Assembly: GCA_963736855.1 (NCBI GenBank)
Contig: CAVTQK010000021.1
Location: 352,001 to 416,000, forward strand
Direction of reading: 5' to 3'
From: an uncultured delta proteobacterium
Lineage (GTDB): Bacteria > Desulfobacterota > Desulfobacteria > Desulfobacterales > UBA2156
DNA length: 64,000 nt
Shown: piece after piece, positions 11,147 to 20,355 of the stretch
Position numbering within the stretch: position 1 is the stretch's first letter
Layout: each line of letters begins with the position of its first letter
Notes under the pieces: model-generated
Database searches by the model: none
What the model was told of the DNA's origin: nothing
The model's input: the letters and a program-made list of their open reading frames with translations, nothing else
Made by a program: the position numbers and the translations under genes

Positions 11147-12862
11147 ATGAAAAATAGCAGCCGTCAAATAAGCTATCTGTTCCTGTGGAAACAGTACTGG
11201 TTTGTTGCACCTGTTTTTCTGATTATCATATCGATCCGTCTCTTTTATCTTGGAGCGGATCCCCCAGTTTATCTGGAATCAAGCGGCGGATTGTTCGGTG
11301 ATGAAGCAGCCCTGGCATTCAATGCAAGGAACAAAATTCTTTTCGGTCATTGGATTACGGATGAGTTCAATCCAATCATATACAACCCGATTTTGACTGT
11401 TTTGGAGTATCTGTCGTTTTGCGTTTTCGGTGTCGGGTTAATTCAACTCCGTCTTGTGAATGTGGTATCCGCTATCATGAGCTTTCTGTTGTTATTTGCC
11501 GTTTTAAAAAAAAACAACGGAATTCGGATCGCGTCGCTATCCCTTGTCCTTCTTGGATTTAATTATATTTTTATTATGTATAACCGCCTCGGCTTAAACG
11601 ATACGTTTATTGCTCTTCCGATGACGGCAACTCTTTTCTTCTGGCATAAAGGATTAGAAAAGAAAAGATTTCTTTTCATTGCAGGGATTACATCCTTTGC
11701 CTGCTATGTTACCAAAGCTTCCTCCTTGTACTTTATTCTGGCTGTTTTTGCCTCCCTCGCTTTTTCGGAATTTTTGCATTACCGAAACGATAAGAAGGCT
11801 AAAAACATATTTTATGCGCTTGCGTTTTATATGGCAGGCTGGGCCCTGTCTTATGCATTTTGGTATGTGCTTTTTTACATGCCCTTTAAAACCGAATTTG
11901 CCAATGTCGGCGAAAATTGGGCTCGACTTGCCTGGCCGTCAAATTTGGGAAGGATCTGGAAGAACCTGAATGCGTTTACTTTTGCCAAATACATGGCGAA
12001 CACACCCGTGGAACTCTCAGTCGTCTGGATATATGTGCCGGTTTTCATCTACCGGTTATTCAAACACTGGAAAGGATTTGACCCGCTGGAGCTTTTGTTT
12101 TTCTTATGGCTAATCGGCGGGTATATCGCATTGAACGCATTAAATTACAAACCGCTTCGATACTTTGTGCCGATCATCATCCCGATGTGCGTATTAACGT
12201 CCTTTGCCCTGAGCCGATTTTGGAATCTCGTGAAGAAAAAGGAATTCAACTTCACTGTTAGATCGGTTTTTTGGGTCATTTTTTTCTTTGCGTCATATAT
12301 CTTGTGGGTTTCTCTATTTTTTAGAAAATGTATCGGATTTCATACGTTTCTTAAAACATGTTATCCCATTATCGGTATGACGCTTCTCATAGCACTTATT
12401 TTTTTCATTTTTGAAGCGCTGAGGCGCAATGGGGAGCGGATAGGCTGGAGCATGGCGGTTCAACGATGTGCTCAATCCGCCATCATCGCTGCTGTCATGT
12501 TCAGTGTATATATCAACGGGGCATATTACATGCGATGGTTCAATGATCCGAAATATACAGTGATCGAAAGTTCACGGGAGCTTGGGGGGATGCTGAATCA
12601 TGCGTATATCGCCGGTTTATGGTCGCCTTTAGCGACCATAGAAAACCGACACCGTTGCCTGTATCTGGGGAACAATTGGTTCAATTACCAGAACACATTC
12701 GAGCGATTTCCGATAACGCATTTATTCCTATGGGATGGAAATAACAAAGAAGAGTTGCGTTTTCTTCAACGCGCCTATCCGGAAATCATGGAAAAAGCAA
12801 GCCTCATCAAAACGTATTCCATCAAGGCGCTGCCGGTTAGATTATTTCAAATCAACCGCTAA
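11147..12862 (+). CDS. GT-C fold glycosyltransferase (ArnT/PMT-like)
   Basis: DE motif after first TM (GDEAA), many TMs, KPLRYF, soluble C-terminal domain; start uncertain (11102 or 11147). Confidence 0.75.
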   Translation: MKNSSRQISYLFLWKQYWFVAPVFLIIISIRLFYLGADPPVYLESSGGLFGDEAALAFNARNKILFGHWITDEFNPIIYNPILTVLEYLSFCVFGVGLIQLRLVNVVSAIMSFLLLFAVLKKNNGIRIASLSLVLLGFNYIFIMYNRLGLNDTFIALPMTATLFFWHKGLEKKRFLFIAGITSFACYVTKASSLYFILAVFASLAFSEFLHYRNDKKAKNIFYALAFYMAGWALSYAFWYVLFYMPFKTEFANVGENWARLAWPSNLGRIWKNLNAFTFAKYMANTPVELSVVWIYVPVFIYRLFKHWKGFDPLELLFFLWLIGGYIALNALNYKPLRYFVPIIIPMCVLTSFALSRFWNLVKKKEFNFTVRSVFWVIFFFASYILWVSLFFRKCIGFHTFLKTCYPIIGMTLLIALIFFIFEALRRNGERIGWSMAVQRCAQSAIIAAVMFSVYINGAYYMRWFNDPKYTVIESSRELGGMLNHAYIAGLWSPLATIENRHRCLYLGNNWFNYQNTFERFPITHLFLWDGNNKEELRFLQRAYPEIMEKASLIKTYSIKALPVRLFQINR

Positions 12863-12880
12863 CTGGACTGATAGCAACAA

Positions 12881-13528
12881 ATGCTGCTGCCGAAACGAAA
12901 GAATATTCATCATACGGAAATCGCCGATCCCTTAAAGTTTTATTATCTTCCGTTTTCCAGAGGATTTTATGTCGGACGACTTGCGATGATTTCTTCCATG
13001 TTGGGAACGAATCGTTATGAAGCCTTGCTGGACATCGGATGCGGATCCGGGATATTTTTAAAAGAGCTTGAAACCAAATGCAGACATTTATATGGTATTG
13101 ATATTCATGGAAAAATGCACCATGTCAAAGACATGGCAGCCAGGGAGCGCATTCGGGCGCATCTTTGTGATGGCTCCATAACGCACCTGCCTTTTGTTTC
13201 AAATAGTTTTGATTGTATCGTTTCGGTGAGCGTTATCGAACATGTTCGAGATTTGGATGGCGCATTTGATGAGATTCAACGAGTTGCAAAAAAAAATGCA
13301 ACCATCGTTATGGGTTTTCCGGTAAAAAATCTTTTCACGGATATGATATTGAAACTTGCTTACCTGCTATTGCCCGATGCAAAACTTGAAGACGAACACG
13401 TTTCGGATCAGAACGGGATCATCCGCGCCGCCAAGAGGCGGTTCGGGAGTATCGAGATCATTCACTCTCCTTTTTTTCTTCCCTTGCCTCTTTCATTTTA
13501 TTGTATCCTAAAAATCAAAAATTCCTAA
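12881..13528 (+). CDS. Class I SAM-dependent methyltransferase
   Basis: LLDIGCGSG; FDCIVSVSVIEHV. Confidence 0.9.
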   Translation: MLLPKRKNIHHTEIADPLKFYYLPFSRGFYVGRLAMISSMLGTNRYEALLDIGCGSGIFLKELETKCRHLYGIDIHGKMHHVKDMAARERIRAHLCDGSITHLPFVSNSFDCIVSVSVIEHVRDLDGAFDEIQRVAKKNATIVMGFPVKNLFTDMILKLAYLLLPDAKLEDEHVSDQNGIIRAAKRRFGSIEIIHSPFFLPLPLSFYCILKIKNS

Positions 13529-14938
13529 ATGGTTTTTAACTCTCTATTTTTTTTCATAACACTTTTCTTTTTCCTGATATTTTATTTTGCCTTTAAAGAT
13601 CGTCAGCCGAAGATGGTAAAGATCGGCACTCTGATCTACAGTTATTTCTTTTACGGTATGTGGAATCCGGCGTTCTTATTATTGCTGATGGTTTCTACGA
13701 TCATCGATTATCTGGCTGCCATAGGAATCGAGGCCAATCCGAAGCGAAAAAAGCTATTTTTAATCATGAGTTTGACAAGCAACTTCGGTCTTCTTGGGTT
13801 TTTCAAGTATTTTAATTTTTTCGTCGATACGGCAGAGACTTTATTTAAAATGATTGGAATCAGTTGGTCACCGCCCTTTTTACAGGTAGCACTCCCGGTC
13901 GGTATTTCCTTTTACACCTTTCAAACGCTAAGTTATACCATTGACGTTTATCGAGGAGAAATTAAAGCAAAAAAAAGTTTTATTGACATCGCTTTTTTTG
14001 TGGCATTTTTCCCGCAACTGGTTGCCGGCCCGATTGTTCGGGCCAGCGATTTTCTTCCCCAGCTTAAGAAAATTCCAGTTGTTCGAAAAGAAAATTGGAT
14101 CGGCGGCATAAGTTTGATCCTATCCGGACTTTTTCTTAAAGTCGTCGTAGCGGATAATGTCTCAGTTCGTGTAAACGCCCTTTTTGCAAACTGGGAAATC
14201 AACGGAATGCTTGAAAACTGGGCTGCCGCCATGCTTTTCGGAGTACAGATCTACGGCGATTTTAGCGGTTATTCTCTGATTGCCATCGGACTCGCAAAGA
14301 TCATGGGATTCCATATTCCCCGCAATTTCAATTCACCTTATACTGCTGCCGGTTTTTCTGACTTTTGGAGAAGATGGCACATCTCTCTTTCCACATGGCT
14401 CAGGGATTATCTTTATATTTCCATGGGCGGTAACCGCAAGGGGACTCGAAGAACCTATGTGAATCTCATGATTACAATGCTATTAGGAGGTCTATGGCAT
14501 GGAGCAAGTTTCTTGTTCATCGCATGGGGCGCTCTGCACGGTTTGTATTTGTGTGTCGAACGTCTTTTAAGAGACCGTTTGAGGAACATACGATTTGAAA
14601 CCGTTTGGGCCCAACGGCTTTTAATTATGGCGGGGATTATTTTTACCTATATTATGGTATCCCTGGCGTGGATTCCGTTTCGAGCCGAAACCGCAGAACA
14701 GGGAATAACGATGATGACCGGTCTGTTTACCGGTGAATTTTCTTTTTATAAAAACTTGGCATCTGACTATTTGGTGATTCTGGTTGTTTTTCTTTTCCAT
14801 AGTCTCACTCGACGATACGATATATTCAATCTAATCGAAAAAAACGACAGCTTTCGTTTTGGAATAATTACCGTTATTTTGCTTTCGTTAGTTTATTTCA
14901 GTGGAGAACGTACTGACTTTATCTATTTTCAATTTTGA
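13529..14938 (+). CDS. MBOAT O-acyltransferase (AlgI/PatA/DltB family)
   Basis: LPVGISFYTFQ, FFPQLVAGPI, FWRRWHISLS, GLWHGA; C-terminal FIYFQF. Confidence 0.95.
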   Translation: MVFNSLFFFITLFFFLIFYFAFKDRQPKMVKIGTLIYSYFFYGMWNPAFLLLLMVSTIIDYLAAIGIEANPKRKKLFLIMSLTSNFGLLGFFKYFNFFVDTAETLFKMIGISWSPPFLQVALPVGISFYTFQTLSYTIDVYRGEIKAKKSFIDIAFFVAFFPQLVAGPIVRASDFLPQLKKIPVVRKENWIGGISLILSGLFLKVVVADNVSVRVNALFANWEINGMLENWAAAMLFGVQIYGDFSGYSLIAIGLAKIMGFHIPRNFNSPYTAAGFSDFWRRWHISLSTWLRDYLYISMGGNRKGTRRTYVNLMITMLLGGLWHGASFLFIAWGALHGLYLCVERLLRDRLRNIRFETVWAQRLLIMAGIIFTYIMVSLAWIPFRAETAEQGITMMTGLFTGEFSFYKNLASDYLVILVVFLFHSLTRRYDIFNLIEKNDSFRFGIITVILLSLVYFSGERTDFIYFQF

Positions 14939-14997
14939 TGGCTTCGTAAAAAGTCCATCTGCTGCATTGCACTGAATCCTTCGTCATTGCGGCGTAC
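14937..14997. mobile_element. Truncated MITE/REP-like element (one end only)
   Basis: GATGGCTTCGTAAAAAGTCCATCTGCTGC...CGTCATTGCGGCGTAC resembles, from memory, a deltaproteobacterial miniature repeat end; no matching second inverted repeat seen. Confidence 0.5.
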
Positions 14998-15049
14998 CCA
15001 TATCATCGATTTTTTTGATCTTTGACCCTTTGAACCCTGTATTCAAACC

Positions 15050-16543
15050 ATGCGTGCGATTATAAGCGCATTCATATTCAGCATCCTGGTCATCGGCGGC
15101 ATCGAATTCGGCTTCCGATATACCGGTGGCATGCCTTCGATCATACCCGGAAAGACGCTCTTTGAGTTTCAGTGGAAGATTCAAAGGGCAAATGCCGACC
15201 GAGTCATTTACGTTGTCGGCGACAGCCGTGTGGATCATGGATTCGGCGATCGTCTCTTTTCCCGGCGGTTTAATGAATTGCGCCTCGAAAACACGGTGGC
15301 GGTCAATTCAGGACTTGCCGCAGGTTCGGTGAGAAAGCTGACGGAATTCATTATTGAAAATCATAGAGCTGAAAAAGCGGGGGTTCTGGTTCTCAACTTC
15401 AGCCCGACGAGCTTTTATCATTTCAACACATCTCCGGGAAAACCGATGTCGAGAATTAAGTACCAGGATTTTTTAGATCACCGAATCACCAACTACTTGC
15501 TGGAGAAATTATTCACCTACGGGCGAGGAGGTATCAACTTATACCGGCATTTTGAACACTATATGCAACATGGATATACGCGGCGCTTTGGCTGGCTTTC
15601 AAGAACTTTATTCCCTGAAGGTTTTGTCAACGCCAAAAGGGGATATAATGACGGTACATCCTTGCCGCCTGATATCGGCTATTACGTTGACGTGTTCAAT
15701 AAAATCAATCTCAATTTAGACTATTATCTCGTACAAAAGGAAAAAACGATCCAGGTTATTCAAGAAGCGATGATGCTGGGCTGGGAGGTGATCCTTATAC
15801 GTCTTCCCATTGGAAATGAAATGAGGAAGATCGAAGATCTTCTGCCGAATGAACTGGACCCTGGACAGATTGCAGATCAGTTGAACGTGTCATTTATCGA
15901 TTATGATTCAGATCCAAGAACCAAGGATCTCCCTACGGATGAATCTCATTTATTGCCGGAAGCGGCAAGAACAATGACGTTGATTCTGGCGCAGGACCTT
16001 TCGGAGATGTTCAAATCCGGTTTCGCAGGCAGATCGGAAATTCGAAAACCGAATCCGATTACGGATAAAGAAAAAATCACCATTCGTCGGCCCGGGATAA
16101 AAGATAACATCAAGATTTTTAGCCTTATTTCCTCTTCGATCGAAAAATTATCCGAGACCCCTTTCTACCGGGAAGAGGCGCTTGAAGCATGGATGGGATC
16201 GATTGCAATAAGAGACTATACAAAATTTGCCAACAGAGATGTTTTTATCGCCGAATGGGAAGGGGTGCTTATCGGGTTTGGACAGATTGATCTCAGCAGG
16301 CAAATTGTCAACTTTCTCCATATCTTTACACCGGTCCTTGTCGATGAGACGCGATTTAAATTGCTCAATGCCCTTGAAGAAACAGCGATTCGACATAAAA
16401 TCACTTCCATCCGATTGCATGCGACATTGGATTCGGTTTCTTTCTTTAAACAAGCCGGTTATAAAAAAGATCGCATTGATAAGCTGACATTTCGTAACAA
16501 CCGCGAAATTCAATACGCGGTAATGACCAAAATCTTGTTTTAA
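15050..16543 (+). CDS. SGNH-like (AlgJ/DltD-like) domain fused to a C-terminal GNAT domain
   Basis: TM anchor, VVGDSR, DESHL (DxxH); C-terminal ~155 aa with VFIAE..G.LIGFG and ATLDSVSFFKQAGY GNAT motifs. Confidence 0.7.
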   Translation: MRAIISAFIFSILVIGGIEFGFRYTGGMPSIIPGKTLFEFQWKIQRANADRVIYVVGDSRVDHGFGDRLFSRRFNELRLENTVAVNSGLAAGSVRKLTEFIIENHRAEKAGVLVLNFSPTSFYHFNTSPGKPMSRIKYQDFLDHRITNYLLEKLFTYGRGGINLYRHFEHYMQHGYTRRFGWLSRTLFPEGFVNAKRGYNDGTSLPPDIGYYVDVFNKINLNLDYYLVQKEKTIQVIQEAMMLGWEVILIRLPIGNEMRKIEDLLPNELDPGQIADQLNVSFIDYDSDPRTKDLPTDESHLLPEAARTMTLILAQDLSEMFKSGFAGRSEIRKPNPITDKEKITIRRPGIKDNIKIFSLISSSIEKLSETPFYREEALEAWMGSIAIRDYTKFANRDVFIAEWEGVLIGFGQIDLSRQIVNFLHIFTPVLVDETRFKLLNALEETAIRHKITSIRLHATLDSVSFFKQAGYKKDRIDKLTFRNNREIQYAVMTKILF

Positions 16544-16616
16544 CCGAAGTTCGGCTGAAGGTGCTGTGGTATTCAATGAACTTTGACTTCTGTTAACAGG
16601 TGAAAAAGAGGCCTCA

Positions 16617-19424
16617 ATGATTTCTATGTTTTTTTCGCAGCAGTTGATTCGAACTAAATTCGGACTTGGCCTGATCACGTTATCCACATTGTTGCTCGAG
16701 CTGTGTCTTATTCGGATTCTCGATGTGATCCTGAATCCGGTTATGGGATACATGGTGATTACAACCTCCATGTTTGCCCTTGGACTTGGTGGAATTTATG
16801 TTTTTGTTTTCAAAAATAAAATAAAAGATCAAATCCGTTTGTTGCCGACATTGACCATTTTATTTGCATTTCTTGTTGTACTTCTGCTCCCTGCATTCAA
16901 TTGGCTTCCGTTCAACCTGGATTTTGAAGGGGCATCTTTGATGATTCAGATCTTGTCCTGGACCGGAATGTATCTGACGTTAACAGCCCCTTTTTTTATT
17001 GGTGGAATTATCATTTCCATCATTTTTTCAAATTATTCTTCTGAAAGCCATGGGTTATATTTTTTTGACCTTTCAGGTGCCGGAATAGGGTGTTTGTTGC
17101 TGGTGCCCCTGATTCCCCATTACGGCCCGGGCGGACTGCTCTTTTTCATTTTCGGATTGCTTATGATTTCGGCGTTCCTCTTCACGACACTGAAAATCAG
17201 AAATCTTTATTATATTATACCGGTCGTAACGGCCATAGTTCTGTTCCCTTTGACATTGGACAGCTATTTGGATTTCAGGGGTCATGGAAACAAGCGCGGA
17301 GTGGATGAATGGATACGCGCCGGATTGAGGGAATATGTTCGGTGGGATCCGGTATCGAAGCTGGATGTTTTTAATGTATCTCCAAGGGCGAAACATTTTT
17401 CGTTGGATGGGGGGCAACAAGGATCCTGGCTGCAGCAATTTGACGGCAATTATGATACCTATTTAAAAAGAATCGCCGATCAGCCGGATAATTATTATTT
17501 TGGCATAAGTTCGACGGTACATCACTTCTATCAGGGAAAGAATGCCGATGTCTTAATCATCGGAGCGGCCGTCGGCAGTGAAACAAAAAGCGCTTTGATA
17601 TTCGGCGCTAACCACGTTGATGCCATTGACCTTGTAGAAACGATGGTGGATGCGGTAAAAACAAGATATGCTCAATTTTCCGGCGGTCTGTTCATTCATC
17701 CAAAAGTCGAATATTATGCGGGAGAGGGGAGGACTTTCTTAAGATCATCGGGGAAAAAATATGATATCATACAGATGTACAGCAATCATACGAGTTCAAG
17801 CCTTGCCCACGGTTCAGGGGTTTTAAGTTCGGTATACCTGCAGACTGCCGAAGCCTACATGGAGTATTTCGAGCATTTGAAGGAAGACGGGATTTTACAG
17901 ATTAATCATCATCTATATCCAAAAATGATCATTTCAGCGGCATTGGGCTGGGAAAGACTCGGAAGGATCGATTTTCCGAAACACGTCCTCGTTCTGGAAC
18001 GATGGATTCCGGATAACCTCCCGACACTTCTCATCAAGATGAAACCATGGACCAGAGATGAAGTGGATCGGGTGTACAGCTATATGAATCGAGAAAAAAC
18101 AGGGCAGGTCCAGAATATGCCCATCCATATAGCCCCATCGGAAAAAATATACGAAAAGAACCCTTACCAGGCAACCTTTTCTTCAAGAGTCGATGAAATC
18201 AAGGGAATTTCACTGATGGTAGGAACCCACGATCAGGAACGACTTGATTATCGAGTGACGATGCGATTATTTGATTCCGAAGGAAAACTCGTCGGTTCGG
18301 ATACGATACCTAAAGGAAGCATCCGAAACAATACCGTTGTCGATTTTCAAATTCAATCCATTCCAAACTGTCAAAACAAAAATTTCCGCTTCGAAATTTC
18401 AACCGATAACCCTTATCCTGAAAAAGGTTTTTCCATTTGGCTTACCCGAAATACCTTGCCCGTAATGCAGACGATCCCGAGACCGCCGATGCCGGCATAT
18501 CACATTGCCTTTCATCCGTTGGAATTGGATAACAATTTAATCCCCGCATCTTTTCTTAAACAACCTTTTCCCAAATATCTTGCGAAAGATGCCGCGTACA
18601 TCATGAACCCGGTCACAGATGATAAGCCTCAATTCAATATGATTCGAAAATCAAATCGGCGCCTTGTGCCTGAAAAGGACAAATATCTTGATGGAGGAAC
18701 CGCTTACTTCTTAAACAATCAGCTCCGCCGCTTTCTTCCTTATGACTGGATCAGTATTTTTGTGGTCGGAACTATTTCCATATTCTTTTCTCTTTTTTTT
18801 ATATTCACACCAATCCTGTCCACTTCGCTTGGCCGAACCAGATGGAAGGGAATGCCTGCCTATTTGATCTATTTTTCATGTCTCGGAGCAGGATTTATCA
18901 TTATCGAACTGAGCTTTATCCAGATTTTCACAAAACTGATCGGATTCCCAACTCATACCTTTGCAACCGTGATTTTTTCATTGCTTTTTGCCGCTGGAAT
19001 AGGAAGCATGAGCTCAAAAAAAGCAAATTTACATATCGGAAGTCGATGGAAAATCATCTTCATCGGAATCCTGGTATATGGGTTTGTTCTTTTCTTGGTA
19101 TATCCCCGTCTGTTTTCCATGTTTCTGGGATCCACTCTTCATGTCAGAATCCTCGTTGCGACGGTGCTGATGTTTCCCTTAGGATTTTTTATGGGGATGC
19201 CTTTTCCACTCGGAATGATGAGTCTCGGAGAAGTAGAGCCCAAAGGAATTCCATGGGCCTGGGGAATGAATGGCTTTTTTACTGTTTTCGGAGGATATCT
19301 GGGGTTATTGATTTCGATGTGGGTTGGATTTAGGATTGTTCTCTTCTTTGCTTTGGGAATTTATTTTCTCGCGTTTTTCTTTTTCGGTTTCATCAAACGC
19401 TTGGGATCGGCAGAGGCGATGTGA
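16617..19424 (+). CDS. Spermidine-synthase-like integral membrane protein
   Basis: N- and C-terminal TM blocks around VLIIGAAVG, EGRTFL, YDII; PVTDDKPQF; LGFFMGMPFPLG, WAWGMNG. Confidence 0.75.
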   Translation: MISMFFSQQLIRTKFGLGLITLSTLLLELCLIRILDVILNPVMGYMVITTSMFALGLGGIYVFVFKNKIKDQIRLLPTLTILFAFLVVLLLPAFNWLPFNLDFEGASLMIQILSWTGMYLTLTAPFFIGGIIISIIFSNYSSESHGLYFFDLSGAGIGCLLLVPLIPHYGPGGLLFFIFGLLMISAFLFTTLKIRNLYYIIPVVTAIVLFPLTLDSYLDFRGHGNKRGVDEWIRAGLREYVRWDPVSKLDVFNVSPRAKHFSLDGGQQGSWLQQFDGNYDTYLKRIADQPDNYYFGISSTVHHFYQGKNADVLIIGAAVGSETKSALIFGANHVDAIDLVETMVDAVKTRYAQFSGGLFIHPKVEYYAGEGRTFLRSSGKKYDIIQMYSNHTSSSLAHGSGVLSSVYLQTAEAYMEYFEHLKEDGILQINHHLYPKMIISAALGWERLGRIDFPKHVLVLERWIPDNLPTLLIKMKPWTRDEVDRVYSYMNREKTGQVQNMPIHIAPSEKIYEKNPYQATFSSRVDEIKGISLMVGTHDQERLDYRVTMRLFDSEGKLVGSDTIPKGSIRNNTVVDFQIQSIPNCQNKNFRFEISTDNPYPEKGFSIWLTRNTLPVMQTIPRPPMPAYHIAFHPLELDNNLIPASFLKQPFPKYLAKDAAYIMNPVTDDKPQFNMIRKSNRRLVPEKDKYLDGGTAYFLNNQLRRFLPYDWISIFVVGTISIFFSLFFIFTPILSTSLGRTRWKGMPAYLIYFSCLGAGFIIIELSFIQIFTKLIGFPTHTFATVIFSLLFAAGIGSMSSKKANLHIGSRWKIIFIGILVYGFVLFLVYPRLFSMFLGSTLHVRILVATVLMFPLGFFMGMPFPLGMMSLGEVEPKGIPWAWGMNGFFTVFGGYLGLLISMWVGFRIVLFFALGIYFLAFFFFGFIKRLGSAEAM

Positions 19425-19569
19425 TGGCATGAGTACCCATGCGATAAAAAGCCTTTTTCGAATGCGGTAAAATCCGATTAGCGTTCAATCGGACCTTGAT
19501 AAATCGAATAGTTTTTGCGAAAATATTTTTCGTAACTATTGAATCAAATCTAAAGGTGGTTCGCACAAT

Positions 19570-20343
19570 ATGAAAACTGTAGTTCTTGCCGGCGGATTCG
19601 GTTCGCGGCTAGGGAATTTAACGGAAGCGGTTCCAAAGCCCATGGTATTGGTAGGCGGCAAACCGATAATTTGGCACATTATGAAGTATTATTCCTGCTT
19701 CGGATATCATGATTTTGTCATTAGCTGCGGGTATAAGGCCAACGTTATTAAAGAATATTTTTACAATTACCACATTTACGACAATGATTTTACCATCGAT
19801 TACGAAACAAGAAAAATTCATATTCATTACGGGAAACAAGGAGAAAGATGGTCGGTCACGATTGCAGATACTGGATTCAACTCTCTTAAGGGAGCGCGTC
19901 TCAAGCGGATTGAAAATTATTTGGACGATGGCATCAACATGATCACTTACGGAGATGGTGTTTCGGATGTGGATTTGTATCAGTTGGTGGAATTCCATAA
20001 AGGGCACGGCAAAACTCTAACCATTACAGGTGTTCATCCTCCTTCCAGGTTTGGAGAAATCCTTGAAAAGGATGGTAGGATCACATCCTTTCTTGAAAAA
20101 CCACAGACTTCCATCGGACTGATAAACGGCGGATTTATGGTGTTTAATAAAAAGCTGCTCGATTATCTTTCTGTTGATGAAAAATGCGATCTCGAATATG
20201 GCCCCTTTGAACAGCTTGCACATAATAAGGAGATAATGGTTTTTGTGCATCCCGGACAATGGGAATGCCTGGATACGGAAAGAGATTTAAATCATCTCAA
20301 TAAACTATGGAACGAAGGAAAGGCATTCTGGAAAATCTGGTAA
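19570..20343 (+). CDS. rfbF: Glucose-1-phosphate cytidylyltransferase
   Basis: LAGGFGSRL, PKPMV.VG.KPIIWHIMK, TYGDGV, WECLDT. Confidence 0.95.
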   Translation: MKTVVLAGGFGSRLGNLTEAVPKPMVLVGGKPIIWHIMKYYSCFGYHDFVISCGYKANVIKEYFYNYHIYDNDFTIDYETRKIHIHYGKQGERWSVTIADTGFNSLKGARLKRIENYLDDGINMITYGDGVSDVDLYQLVEFHKGHGKTLTITGVHPPSRFGEILEKDGRITSFLEKPQTSIGLINGGFMVFNKKLLDYLSVDEKCDLEYGPFEQLAHNKEIMVFVHPGQWECLDTERDLNHLNKLWNEGKAFWKIW

Positions 20344-20355
20344 ATATTGTGTTTC

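Noticed and set aside
1..20000. Frequent ATCGAT/TCCGGA hexamers as an iterated palindrome
   Set aside because: Largely explainable by codon pairs such as ATC-GAT; enrichment cannot be shown without counting
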